Shown here: piece after piece, positions 48,246-58,166 of the stretch | How positions within the stretch are numbered: the first letter of the stretch is position 1 | How the letters are laid out: every line of letters starts with the position of its first letter | From: Vulcanimicrobiota bacterium | Lineage (GTDB): Bacteria; Vulcanimicrobiota; Vulcanimicrobiia; Vulcanimicrobiales; Vulcanimicrobiaceae | Assembly: GCA_963791645.1 (NCBI GenBank) | Contig: CAWBTJ010000050.1 | Coordinates: 3,277-67,276, forward strand | Direction of reading: 5' to 3' | DNA length: 64,000 bases | The notes under the pieces: model-generated | The model's input: only the letters and a program-made list of their open reading frames with translations | Told to the model about the DNA's origin: nothing | Database searches by the model: none | Program-made: the position numbers and the translations under genes

Positions 48246-50374
48246 GCGCGCTCGTCGGTGCGCCCATCGACCGCGTCGACGGGCGGCTCAAGGTCACCGG
48301 CGCGGCGAAATACTCCGCCGAGGTCGCCGTACCGAACCTCGCCTACGGCGCGCTCGTGCTCAGCACCGTGGCGAACGGTCGCCTCGCGCAGATCGACGAC
48401 GCCGCGGTGCGGCGCATGCCCGGCGTCGTCGCGGTGATGACGCCCGCCAACGCGCCGCGCGTCAACGCCAGCGGCCCGCAGGTCGGCTACCCGGTGCTGC
48501 GCGTGCTGCAGGACGATCTCGTCCACTACGACCGCCAGCCGGTCGCGGTCGTGATCGCCGATACGTTCGAACGGGCGACCGATGCCGCCGCGGCACTGCG
48601 CGTGCGGTACGCCGCCACGCCGCCTGCGACGCGGATGAAGGATGCTGCCGCGTACAAGCCGGCGCAAGTCCACGGCAAGGATGCCGACACGCGCAAGGGC
48701 GACGCGGAAGCCGCGCTGGCGAGCGCCGCGGTCAAGGTCGACAACGTCTACACGACGCCGGTCGAGCACCACAACCCGATGGAGCCGCACGCGACGATCG
48801 CGCTGTGGGAAGGCGATCGGCTGACCGTGTACGATGCGACGCAGGGCGTGATGGGGGCCCGGCGCAAGCTCGCCGCGGTGTTCGGCGTGCCGGCGGAGAA
48901 CGTGCGCGTCGTCTCGCGCTTCATCGGCGGCGGGTTCGGTTCGAAGGGTTCGTCGTGGCCGCACGTCACGCTGGCCGCAATGGCGGCGAAGCTGACGAAC
49001 CGCCCGGTGAAGATCGTGCTCTCGCGACCGCAGATGTTCGGCTCGATCGGTCACCGCCCGCGCACCGAACAGCGCGTCGCGCTCGCCGCGGGCGCGGACG
49101 GCAAGCTCGTGAGCGTGATCCACCAGACGACCGCGCACACGTCGGTCTTCGACGAGTTCGTCGAACCGTCTGGGCTCATCTCGACCGTGCTCTACGGAAC
49201 GCCCAGTTTGCTGGTGGCGCATCGTGCGGTGCGGCTGAACACGGCGACGCCGACGTACATGCGCGCACCGGGCGAGTCCAGCGGCTCGTTCGCGCTCGAG
49301 TCCGCCATGGACGAGCTCGCGTATGCGCTCGGCGTCGATCCGGTCGAGTTGCGCGTGCGCAACGACACCGGCCGCGATGCCGAAGGCCTGCCGTTCTCGA
49401 GCCGGTCGCTCGTGGCCGCGCTGCGTGCCGGCGCCGAGCGGATCGGCTGGAGCCGGCGCGATCCCCGGCCGCGTTCGATGCGCGACGGCAACCTGCTCGT
49501 CGGGTTCGGCGTCGCCGCGGCGACCTACCCGATGAACCGCAGCGCCGCGTCGGCAAGCGTGCAGCTGCGTGCCGACGGCACCGTCCTCGCGCGCAGCGCG
49601 GGCGTCGACATCGGCACCGGCGCGTACACGGTGTTCTCGCAAGTCGTCGCCGACACGCTCGGCGTGCCGGTGCAGCGCGTGCGCATGGAGCTCGGCGACT
49701 CCGCGTTTCCCACGGCGCCCAACGCCGGCGGTTCGGCGCTCACGGCGAGCGCGGGCTCGGCCCTGAAGCTCGCCGCGCTCGACGTGCGCGCGAAGCTCGC
49801 CGCGCTCGACGGCGTGGATGCCGCCACGCTCGCGAGCGCGAGCGGCGACGTGCTGATCGCGCTCCTGCGCAAACACGGCGCGGACGCGATCGACGGCCGC
49901 GCCGACGCGAAGCCGGGTGACGAGAAGAAGAGCTACGCGATGCACTCGTTCGGCGCGCAGTTCGCCGAGGTGCGCGTCGATCCGGAGCTCGGCACGGTGC
50001 GGCTCGCAAAGTTCGTCAACGCGTTCGGCGCCGGCCGCATCTTGAACGAAAAGACGGCGAAAAGCCAGTACATCGGCGGGGCTGTATGGGGGATCGGCAT
50101 GGCGCTGCTCGAGCACACGCGCTTCGACGAGCGCTCGGGGCGCATCATGAACGCGAACCTCGGTGAGTACCTCGTGCCCGTGAACGCCGACGTTCCGGCG
50201 ATCGACGCGATCATCGTCCCGGAGGACGACCCGCACGTGAACGAGATCGGCGTGAAAGGGATCGGCGAGATCGGGATCGTCGGCGCGGCCGCCGCGATCG
50301 CGAATGCGGTCTATCACGCGACCGGCAAGCGCGTTCGCGACCTGCCGATCACTCCGGAGAAGCTGTTGGGCTAG
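48242..50374 (+). CDS. aldehyde oxidoreductase molybdopterin subunit (PaoC/YagR-like)
   Basis: RVDGRLKVTGAAKY, HNPMEPH, GGGFGSK, MRAPGE, KGIGEIG. Confidence 0.93.
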   Translation: MSALVGAPIDRVDGRLKVTGAAKYSAEVAVPNLAYGALVLSTVANGRLAQIDDAAVRRMPGVVAVMTPANAPRVNASGPQVGYPVLRVLQDDLVHYDRQPVAVVIADTFERATDAAAALRVRYAATPPATRMKDAAAYKPAQVHGKDADTRKGDAEAALASAAVKVDNVYTTPVEHHNPMEPHATIALWEGDRLTVYDATQGVMGARRKLAAVFGVPAENVRVVSRFIGGGFGSKGSSWPHVTLAAMAAKLTNRPVKIVLSRPQMFGSIGHRPRTEQRVALAAGADGKLVSVIHQTTAHTSVFDEFVEPSGLISTVLYGTPSLLVAHRAVRLNTATPTYMRAPGESSGSFALESAMDELAYALGVDPVELRVRNDTGRDAEGLPFSSRSLVAALRAGAERIGWSRRDPRPRSMRDGNLLVGFGVAAATYPMNRSAASASVQLRADGTVLARSAGVDIGTGAYTVFSQVVADTLGVPVQRVRMELGDSAFPTAPNAGGSALTASAGSALKLAALDVRAKLAALDGVDAATLASASGDVLIALLRKHGADAIDGRADAKPGDEKKSYAMHSFGAQFAEVRVDPELGTVRLAKFVNAFGAGRILNEKTAKSQYIGGAVWGIGMALLEHTRFDERSGRIMNANLGEYLVPVNADVPAIDAIIVPEDDPHVNEIGVKGIGEIGIVGAAAAIANAVYHATGKRVRDLPITPEKLLG

Positions 50375-50428
50375 GAATCGAGAGCTCGCCGAGCGGAGCG
50401 GTCACGCGCGATCCCGAACGATCCGGTC

Positions 50429-50788
50429 GTGACGATAGCGCGCGGGATGACGGTCGTTCTTTTCTCATTGCTTGCGGGGTGCTCGGAGGGTGGGCCGAGC
50501 ACGCCGTCGGGGTGCTCGACGCCGGATCGCGCCCCCGCGATCGTGAGGCAGGTGCAGCCGGACGCGCCGCCGATGGCGCAACAGCAGGGAATCACCGGCG
50601 ACGTCGTCGTGCGCGTGATGCTCGACGGCTCCGGCAACGTGACCGCGGTGCGGATCCAGCAGTCGCCGTCCACGATTCTCAATAACGCCGCGCTCGCGGC
50701 GGCGCGCGCCTCGACCTATCAGCCGGGGTTGCAGAACTGCACGCCGGGCGGCACGCTCGACGTCACGTTTCACTTCGTGTCGCAGTGA
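50429..50788 (+). CDS. lipoprotein consisting of a TonB C-terminal domain
   Basis: Lipobox LAGC; QQGITGDVVVRVMLDGSGNV..SPSTILNNAALAAAR. Confidence 0.8.
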   Translation: MTIARGMTVVLFSLLAGCSEGGPSTPSGCSTPDRAPAIVRQVQPDAPPMAQQQGITGDVVVRVMLDGSGNVTAVRIQQSPSTILNNAALAAARASTYQPGLQNCTPGGTLDVTFHFVSQ

Positions 50789-51500
50789 CGAGCACGCCGT
50801 CCCGCAATGTCGGCACGACCGAGAGCGTGTCGAGCGCAGCGCAGCGGGTGACGTCGCCGGCGAAGCCTTTCTTCACGAGCGACTGCGCGTGGTCGGCGCT
50901 GGCGACGGCATCCGCGAGACGTCCAGCCACCGCGCGATAGAGCAGCGCGGCGGCGCGCGCGCCGTCGCACAGCTCCACGTCGCCGATCAGCGTGAGCAGC
51001 GTGTCGACGAGCGCCCCGGCGCCGAGCGCGTCTTCGAGCGCGAACCCGTTGGTTTCGCCGGCGCAGACGATCACGACGTCGCCGTCCTCGTGCGCGAGCG
51101 CGTCGGCGACCGCCGTGCGATTGACCAGCGCGGCGGTGCGCACCGACGCGGCGTTCGTCACGGCGCGCAACGCGCGCGTGCCGTTCGTCGTCGTGAGCAC
51201 GACCGTCTTGCCCGCGAGCGCCGCTTCCGTGAAGGACGCGGGCGAATTGTCGAGGTCGAAGCCCTCGATGCGCAGCGATTCGCGTTCGCCGCCGAACAGC
51301 ACGCGATCGCGCCCCAAGCGGTTGCCGAGCGCGATCGCGTCTTCGGGTTCGGCGACCGTGATCACCCCGGCCGCGCCGTTCGCGAGCGCCGTCGCGATCG
51401 TCGTCGACGCGCGCAGCACGTCGACGACGGCGACGTGCACGCCGCGCACCGCATCGGCGGGCCACGGCGGCCCGAGAAGAACGTCGATGCTGCGGCTCAT
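50763..51500 (-). CDS. comB: 2-phosphosulfolactate phosphatase family
   Basis: VVDVLRASTTI, GGER, FDLDNSP, TTTNGTRA, FALEDALGAG. Confidence 0.92.
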   Translation of the reverse strand: MSRSIDVLLGPPWPADAVRGVHVAVVDVLRASTTIATALANGAAGVITVAEPEDAIALGNRLGRDRVLFGGERESLRIEGFDLDNSPASFTEAALAGKTVVLTTTNGTRALRAVTNAASVRTAALVNRTAVADALAHEDGDVVIVCAGETNGFALEDALGAGALVDTLLTLIGDVELCDGARAAALLYRAVAGRLADAVASADHAQSLVKKGFAGDVTRCAALDTLSVVPTLRDGVLVTATRSET

Positions 51501-51560
51501 CCTCGCGCACGTACTGCGCGCGGGGCGAGGACGCCTGGTCGGGACGACCCGGCGGTATGA

Positions 51561-51968
51561 TTACCGCGTGAAGTCCACCACGAAGGCGTAGGTTCCGCCG
51601 ACCGGCGCGCAATCGCGAACCTCGGCGCGATAGCTCGACTGCCGCGCCGCGGCGATCGCGGCCCGGTCGAGCCAGCGGTTTCCGCTCGAAGCGAGCACCG
51701 ACTGTTGGGTCAGCCGTCCGCGGGGATCGAGGACGATGCGAACTTCGGTGATGCCCGTGACGTTTTGCCCGGCGGCGATGGCCGGCAGATCGGCGGGTGC
51801 TGCGGCGGTCAGCGCTGCAGGTGCGACCGGGACCGCGCACGAGGTGATCGACGTGCCGGCAGTTTGCGGTGAAAGCGGCGCCAGCCGGATCGTGGCGGCT
51901 CCTGCGGCGGCGGAGAGCGCGAGCGACACCGCGGTTGCGAGGCTCGCGATGCGAAGGGGCGTGTTCAT
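51561..51968 (-). CDS. secreted TonB C-terminal domain protein
   Basis: Signal peptide; TGITEVRIVLDPRG..SSGNRWLDRAAIAAAR; SD GGAGG upstream. Confidence 0.8.
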   Translation of the reverse strand: MNTPLRIASLATAVSLALSAAAGAATIRLAPLSPQTAGTSITSCAVPVAPAALTAAAPADLPAIAAGQNVTGITEVRIVLDPRGRLTQQSVLASSGNRWLDRAAIAAARQSSYRAEVRDCAPVGGTYAFVVDFTR

Positions 51969-52101
51969 GGAACCTCCTGACGACGGCCGAAGCCGTGATT
52001 GTGCAGGGAGAACACGGCGAGCGCGCGCGCGTTGCATCGGCGGCGAAGCAGTTCGCCGGGCCGTGTCGAATGCCGGGCACGGTGACGAAGCGGCCGACGC
52101 G

Positions 52102-53175
52102 ATGAGCACGAACGTCCTCGACCTCGTTCTCGAAGCGCTCCCACACCTGCGCGGCGGGCTCGGCGAAGAATCCGCTGCGTTCACCGCGCGGTTGCTGTAC
52201 GAGCACCTCGAGCTCGACGCGTGCGCCGTCATCGACACCGAGCACGTGCTCGCGTACGTCGGCCGCGGCGAAGACCATCATCTCGTCGGCGGTCCGTCGC
52301 TGACCGGCCTGACCCACCGCGCGCTCGCGTCGGGGCTGCCGCTCACGGCGCGCACGCGCGAGGAGATCGACTGCCCCGTCGCCGGCTGTCCGCTCACGTC
52401 GGTGACGATCGCGCCGTTCATCGTGCGCGGCGCCGCGGTGGGCGCGCTCAAGCTCTACCGCGCCGGGACGCCGATCGCCGAGGACGACGAGAAGGTCGCC
52501 GCCGGCCTCGCGCGCGTGTTCTCCGTATCGCTCGAAGCGGCGGAGCTCGACGCGCGCTCGGCGCTCGTCACGCAAGCGGAGCTCGACGCGCTGCGCGCGC
52601 GCGTCTCGCCGCACTTTCTGTTCAACACGCTCACGACGATCGCCGCGCTGACGCGCACGGACCCCGAGCGCGCGCACGACCTCGTCGTCGACTTCGCGGA
52701 GTACTTTCGCGACTCTCTCGCGCAGCACGAGGAGTTCGTGTCGCTCGATGAAGAGCTCGAGCACGTCGAGCAGTACCTGCGCTTCGAGCACGCGCGCTTT
52801 GGCGAACGGCTGCGCGTGGAGTTCGACGTGGACCCGCGCGCGCGGCTCGCGCTCGTGCCGGTGCTGTCGGTGCAGCCCTTGGTCGAGAACGCGATCGGGC
52901 ACGGTCTCGCGCCCCGCGGCGGCGGCGGGACCGTCCGCATCAGCGCGCATCCGGATGAGGACACGACGGAGATCGTCGTGAGCGACGACGGCGTCGGGTT
53001 CACTCCCGGCCGCGCCGTGCGCAGCAGCGGGATCGGCATCGGCATGGACAACGTCGACCAGCGCCTCACCAAGCTGTTCGGCCCCGCGAGCGCACTGCGC
53101 GTCACGAGCGCGCCCGGGGCGGGCACGACCGTCGCGTTCCGCGTTCCGGTGCGTGTGCCGGCGTCCGCGCGCTGA
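52102..53175 (+). CDS. LytS-family histidine kinase lacking the membrane domain (GAF plus His_kinase)
   Basis: LPHLRGGL, GRGEDHH, CP..GCPL, PHFLFNTL, QPLVENAIGHG, DDGVG, GIGMDNV. Confidence 0.9.
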   Translation: MSTNVLDLVLEALPHLRGGLGEESAAFTARLLYEHLELDACAVIDTEHVLAYVGRGEDHHLVGGPSLTGLTHRALASGLPLTARTREEIDCPVAGCPLTSVTIAPFIVRGAAVGALKLYRAGTPIAEDDEKVAAGLARVFSVSLEAAELDARSALVTQAELDALRARVSPHFLFNTLTTIAALTRTDPERAHDLVVDFAEYFRDSLAQHEEFVSLDEELEHVEQYLRFEHARFGERLRVEFDVDPRARLALVPVLSVQPLVENAIGHGLAPRGGGGTVRISAHPDEDTTEIVVSDDGVGFTPGRAVRSSGIGIGMDNVDQRLTKLFGPASALRVTSAPGAGTTVAFRVPVRVPASAR

Positions 53176-53185
53176 CGGTGCCGGC

Positions 53186-53915
53186 GTGCGCGCGTTAGTC
53201 GTCGATGACGAGCCGCTCGTGCGCAGCGAGCTCGTGTACGCGCTCGGCAAAGTCGCGGCCGACATCGAGATCACCGAAGCCGCCGACGCGGTCGAGGCGC
53301 TGCGCGAGCTGGCCGGCGCGGCGTACGACGTCGTCTTCCTCGACATCAACTTACCGCGCCTGACGGGGTTGGAGGCGACGAAGGTCATCAACGCGCTGCC
53401 GTCGCCGCCGCAGGTCGTGTTCGTGACGGCGCATCAGACGCACGCGCTCGACGCGTTCGACCTCGCGGCGTTCGATTACGTCGTCAAGCCGGTATCGCAA
53501 GCGCGTCTCGCGCAAACGGTGGAGCGGCTGCGCGCGCTGCGGCCAGGCGGCGCGAGCGCCGTTCAGCCGGCCGACGGGCTGCCGTCGCGCATCGCGCTCG
53601 AGGACGGCGACCGCACGCGGCTTGGTGAAGGTCGCCGAGATCCGCTACGTGCAGGCGAACGGCCACGTCGTGACCGCGCGCGTGTTCGACGGCGACCTGC
53701 GCTGGAAAGGCTCGCTCGCCGAAGCGGCGGCGCGCTTCGAACCCGCGGGCTTCTTGCGCGTGCACCGCGCGTATCTGGTGAACCCCGAGCGTGTGGTGGA
53801 AGTGGAGCCGTTCTTCGGCGGCTCGTATCTGCTGCGCGTGGACGACAAAGCGCGCAGCGAGGTGCCGGTGTCGCGCAATTATCTGCCCGCGGTGCGTAAG
53901 GCGCTCGGGCTGTAG
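53186..53915 (+). CDS. LytT/AlgR-family response regulator, frameshift near 53620
   Basis: VVDDEPL, FLDINLP, FVTAH, DYVVKP; LytTR FLRVHRAYLVN, VPVSR in the next frame. Confidence 0.88.
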
Positions 53916-53924
53916 CCATGAGGC

Positions 53925-54884
53925 CTAGTGTGGTTCGACCGGCGCCGGAGATTCGAGGGGGCGGCCTTCGATGAACGCGCGCAGGTTGCGCTCGACCAGC
54001 GCGAGGATGCGCCGCGGCGCGACGTCGCCGCCGTAGCCCGCGACGTGCGGCGTGATCAGCGCGTTCGGCAGCGTCCAGAGCGGATCGTCGGGCGGTAACG
54101 GCTCCGGGTCGGTCACGTCGAGGCCGGCGCCGCCGAGCATTCCTTCCGCGAGCGCCGTTGCGAGCGCCGCTTGGTCGACCACGCCGCCGCGCGCGATGTT
54201 GACCAGCAGCGTATGCGGCCGCATCGCGGCGAGCGCGCGCGCGTCGACGAGGTGCCGCGTCTGCGCGTTGAGCGGCACGGCCAGCACGACGGCGTCGCTG
54301 CGGCCGAGGGCGTCGTGCAGCCGATCTGCCGCGACGACTTCGTCCGCAAGCGGGTCCGGCTGCCCGCTGCGCGTCACCGCGACGACGCGTGCGCCGAATC
54401 CGCGCAGACGCACAGCCACCTCGCGGCCGATGTTGCCGAACCCGACGACGGCGACCGTGGCGCCGTGCAGCGTGCCGATGCCGACGGCGCCGGACTGATC
54501 CCAGCGGTGCTGCTCGGCGTTGCGCAGGGCTTCGGGGAGCCGCCGCACGAGCGCGAGCAACAGCGTCAGCGCGTGCTCCGCGACGGTCGGCGCATACGCG
54601 TCGCCCGCCGTCGTCACCGTCACGCCCGCCGGGACGCCGTGCAATTCGACGGGATCGTAGCCCATCGTGGGCAATTGCACCCAGCGCAGCCGCGGCTGGT
54701 GCCGCACGAGCTGCGCCACCAGCTCGGCGTCGTAGAACGCCGGCCACGCCCAGAGCGCGTCGGCGTGGGCGAGTTCGCGCCGCATCGAATCGCCGTCGGC
54801 GACGGCGACCGCCTCAACGCCGTGCCGGGCCGCGAGCGCCTCGAACTGGGGGGCGAGGACATGGGTTCTGATCACGACGCGCAC
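53925..54884 (-). CDS. D-2-hydroxyacid dehydrogenase family
   Basis: VAEHA, VGFGNIG, VNIARGGVVD, GLDVTDPEPL, ITPHVAG. Confidence 0.92.
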   Translation of the reverse strand: MRVVIRTHVLAPQFEALAARHGVEAVAVADGDSMRRELAHADALWAWPAFYDAELVAQLVRHQPRLRWVQLPTMGYDPVELHGVPAGVTVTTAGDAYAPTVAEHALTLLLALVRRLPEALRNAEQHRWDQSGAVGIGTLHGATVAVVGFGNIGREVAVRLRGFGARVVAVTRSGQPDPLADEVVAADRLHDALGRSDAVVLAVPLNAQTRHLVDARALAAMRPHTLLVNIARGGVVDQAALATALAEGMLGGAGLDVTDPEPLPPDDPLWTLPNALITPHVAGYGGDVAPRRILALVERNLRAFIEGRPLESPAPVEPH

Positions 54885-54993
54885 CTCGCCCTCGTTCGCC
54901 GCGGGCCGTTGGCCGCATTTCGCGCCCGAATCCGGCCCGTTCGCGTTCGAACGCGAGACGCGCGCGAGCGTCCGCGGTACGGTCGCCCCTGTT

Positions 54994-55932
54994 ATGGCAC
55001 CCGACGTGATGACGACCGACCTCGCCGCCGCAGCGCACGCGCTTGTCTCCGGCGGGCGCGGGCTGCTCGCGCTCGACGCGCCGGCGCGCGCGCACCGCGA
55101 GCTGCCGAATACCACTCCGGGGATCGAACGCTATGTCGGCGGCCTGCTCCTCGACGACGCGACGATCCGGCGCACCGCGCGCGGCGGCGGGCAGCGCGTC
55201 GCCGACGGGCTGCGAGAGCGCGGGATCCTACCCGGCGTGAGCATCGGCCTCTGCGACGGATTGAACACGCTGCCGTGGCGATTGGCGGAGTACGCCGCGC
55301 TCGGCGCGGGTTTCGCGACGTGCCGCGCGGTGTTCCGCATCGAGTCCGGCGTCGGCGCGCCGGCGGATCGCACCATGGCCTCGAACGCGCACGCGCTGGC
55401 GCGGTTCGCCGCGCGCGCTCAGGCGAGCGGGATCGTGCCGATCGTCGCGTGCGACGTGCTGGCCGAAGGCGATCATTCGATCGCGCGCTGTGAAGAAGCG
55501 ACGACGCGCGCGCTGCGCCGCACCTTCGCGGCGCTTGCGGACGAAAACGTCGCGCTCGGCGCGATGGTGCTCGCCGTGAACATGGTGACGCCTGGGCTCG
55601 CATCGTCGCGGCCGGCCGACGTAGCAGACGTCGTCGCCGCGACGCTGCGGGTGCTGGGCGCAACCGTCCCCGTCGCCGTAGCGGGCATCGCGTTCCTCAG
55701 CGACGATCACGAAGAGCGCGTTGCGACGGAACGGCTGTGTGCGATGAACAGGACGATGCCGCGCCGCCGTCCGTGGCCGCTGACGTTCGACTACGGCCGT
55801 GCGACGGAGCACACGCCGGAATCGCTGCTCCACCGCCTACGCTGCAACGGCCTCGCCGCCTGCGGCGCGTACACGACGAAGATCGAAGACCTCGACCTCA
55901 CCAAAGTGCGCGCCCCCCGTATCGCCGCCTAG
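54994..55932 (+). CDS. degenerate class I fructose-bisphosphate aldolase homolog
   Basis: GRGLLALD, NAHALARFA..Q..GIVPIV, NMVTPG, GIAFLS, PWPLTFDYGRA; catalytic residues replaced. Confidence 0.8.
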   Translation: MAPDVMTTDLAAAAHALVSGGRGLLALDAPARAHRELPNTTPGIERYVGGLLLDDATIRRTARGGGQRVADGLRERGILPGVSIGLCDGLNTLPWRLAEYAALGAGFATCRAVFRIESGVGAPADRTMASNAHALARFAARAQASGIVPIVACDVLAEGDHSIARCEEATTRALRRTFAALADENVALGAMVLAVNMVTPGLASSRPADVADVVAATLRVLGATVPVAVAGIAFLSDDHEERVATERLCAMNRTMPRRRPWPLTFDYGRATEHTPESLLHRLRCNGLAACGAYTTKIEDLDLTKVRAPRIAA

Positions 55933-55984
55933 GCCGAAAACGCACAGGGGGACGGGCGCCCGCCGCCTGCGAACCCCCGGACCC

Positions 55985-57502
55985 ATGTCGTTTGCGTCGC
56001 AGCTGTTCGCAACCAGTTCCGTCGACAAGTTACGCGAGCAGAGCAGGAGCAAGACGCTTCGGCGCGCGCTCACGGCGAAGGACCTCATCGCAATCGGTCT
56101 GGGCACGATGATCGGCGGCGGCATCTTCACGACGATCGGGACCGGCGTCAAAGGCGCCGGTCCGGCCGTCATCGTGTCGTATCTGCTCGCCGGGCTGACG
56201 TCGTTTTTTGCGGCGCTGTGCTACGCCGAGCTGGGTGCTATGGTGCCGGTCGCCGGCAGCGCGTACACCTACGCGTATGCCACGATGGGCAAGCTGTTCG
56301 CCTGGATCATCGGGTTCGCGCTGATCTTCGAGTACGGCATCAGCGCCGCGCCGGTGGCGCAGCAGTTCTCCGCGGCCATCCAAGACGTGCTCAAGGGGAT
56401 CGGGTTCGCGCTTCCCGGTTGGGCGCAGACGTCCAACCTCGTGATCCACGGAGCGTGGTGGCAGCTCAATACGTACGACTTGGCGCACTCGCAGTGCGAC
56501 GTCGTCGCTGCCGTGTTCGTGCTCGGTTTGAGCGTGCTGTTGTCGGTCGGGATCCGTGAGTCGGCCACGACGAACAACATCTTCGTCGTCTTGAAGATCT
56601 CCGCGCTCTTCGTGTTCATCATCGCCGGCATGTTCCTGTTCCACGCATTCAACCTGCACGACTTCAACCCCAAGGGGATCGGAGCGCTGGCACCGTTCGG
56701 CGGTACGCTCGAGTCTGCGCAGCCCTACGGCATCATCCCGATCGCCGCGTTCGTGTTCTTCAGCTACATCGGATTCGACACCGCGACGACGACCGCCGAG
56801 GAGTGCAAGAACCCGCAGCGCGACGTTCCACTGGGTGTGATCGGCGCGCTCGCGATCGGCACGGTCCTCTACTGCGCCACCGCCATCGTGCTGGTGGGTG
56901 TCCTCCCGTGGGCCCAGGTGCCTGAGAAGAATCCGCTGGTCGCGGCGCTGGCGCCGCTGCACCTACCGGTTCTCTCCTGGGTCATCACGATCGGTGTGCT
57001 CGCCGGTACCACGAGCGTTGCGCTCGCGTCGCTGCTGGGGCAGACGCGCATCTTCTACGTGATGGCACGCGACAAGATGCTGCCGCCGGCGGTTGCGACG
57101 ATCCATCCGCGCTTCAAGACGCCCGTCATCACGACGATGATCACGGGCGTCGCCGTCGCGGCGCTCGCGCTGATCATCCCGCTCAACCAGCTGCTCAACC
57201 TCGTGAACATCGGCACGCTGATCGCGTTCACCGTGGTCTGCGCGGGCGTCCTGTACCTGCGCCACCGCAAGCCGGACATTCCGCGCACGTTCCGCGTGCC
57301 GTTCGTGCCGCTGTTCCCGATCCTCGGGATCGTGTTCTCGCTGTTCTTGGCGGTGTTCGGGCTTTCGCGCACCACGTGGGTGTGGTTCGCGATCGCGCTG
57401 GTCATCGGCTTGGTCTTTTTCTTCAGCTACGGTTTTTGGAAGTCGAATCCTGAGGAGATCGAACCGGTGATCGAGCCCGAAGGGATCGCCGAGTTCCGGT
57501 AG
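55985..57502 (+). CDS. APC-family amino acid permease
   Basis: GLGTMIGGGIF, CYAELGAMVPVAGSAYTY, FFSYIGFD, EECKNPQRD. Confidence 0.94.
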   Translation: MSFASQLFATSSVDKLREQSRSKTLRRALTAKDLIAIGLGTMIGGGIFTTIGTGVKGAGPAVIVSYLLAGLTSFFAALCYAELGAMVPVAGSAYTYAYATMGKLFAWIIGFALIFEYGISAAPVAQQFSAAIQDVLKGIGFALPGWAQTSNLVIHGAWWQLNTYDLAHSQCDVVAAVFVLGLSVLLSVGIRESATTNNIFVVLKISALFVFIIAGMFLFHAFNLHDFNPKGIGALAPFGGTLESAQPYGIIPIAAFVFFSYIGFDTATTTAEECKNPQRDVPLGVIGALAIGTVLYCATAIVLVGVLPWAQVPEKNPLVAALAPLHLPVLSWVITIGVLAGTTSVALASLLGQTRIFYVMARDKMLPPAVATIHPRFKTPVITTMITGVAVAALALIIPLNQLLNLVNIGTLIAFTVVCAGVLYLRHRKPDIPRTFRVPFVPLFPILGIVFSLFLAVFGLSRTTWVWFAIALVIGLVFFFSYGFWKSNPEEIEPVIEPEGIAEFR

Positions 57503-57554
57503 CCCGGTTGAGGTGCGGCGGACCGTGAAGCGATTCATCCCCGCCAAGGACGCG

Positions 57555-58166
57555 ATGGACAAGGGCCGGTTCGACGCGTTCACCGACGGCGTCTTCGCCG
57601 TGGCGATCACCCTGATGGTCTTGGAGATCCACGTCCCCGAGCTCAAGCACGGCACCAACGACGAGATGCGGGCGTTCATCGGCGGCCTCGGCGGGCCGCT
57701 GCTCACGTACGCACTGAGCTTCGCGACGGTGGGGTTGATCTGGCTCAACCACCACGCGACGTTCGCGCCGGTGAAGCGCGTCGACCGCACGACCAACGCG
57801 CTGAACATCGTGCTGCTCGCCGTCGTGTGCTTCGTGCCGTTTCCCACGGCGCTGCTGTCGCGCTACGGGCCGCTGCCGGCGTCCACCGCACTCTACGGAG
57901 CGACGTTTACGGCGATGTCCATCGCATATTTCGCCGTATGGCAGTATGCCGTGCGCAGCGATCCCGACGCGCCGCCGGTGTCGCGCAGCGTGATGCTCAG
58001 CGGCGGCATCGGTACGTTCTTCTACTCGGCCGGGACGCTGATTGCGTTCTTCGCGCCCAAGGTCTCGATCGCGATCTTCGTCGGGATCACGATCTATTAT
58101 TCGCTGCCCGGTCTGTTCAATCTGCGCCGGCACCTGCCGCCGGACGCGGAGACCGTGCCGAAGTGA
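57555..58166 (+). CDS. TMEM175-family potassium channel
   Basis: RFDAFTDGVFAVAITLMVLEI, WLNHH, VPFPT. Confidence 0.9.
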   Translation: MDKGRFDAFTDGVFAVAITLMVLEIHVPELKHGTNDEMRAFIGGLGGPLLTYALSFATVGLIWLNHHATFAPVKRVDRTTNALNIVLLAVVCFVPFPTALLSRYGPLPASTALYGATFTAMSIAYFAVWQYAVRSDPDAPPVSRSVMLSGGIGTFFYSAGTLIAFFAPKVSIAIFVGITIYYSLPGLFNLRRHLPPDAETVPK

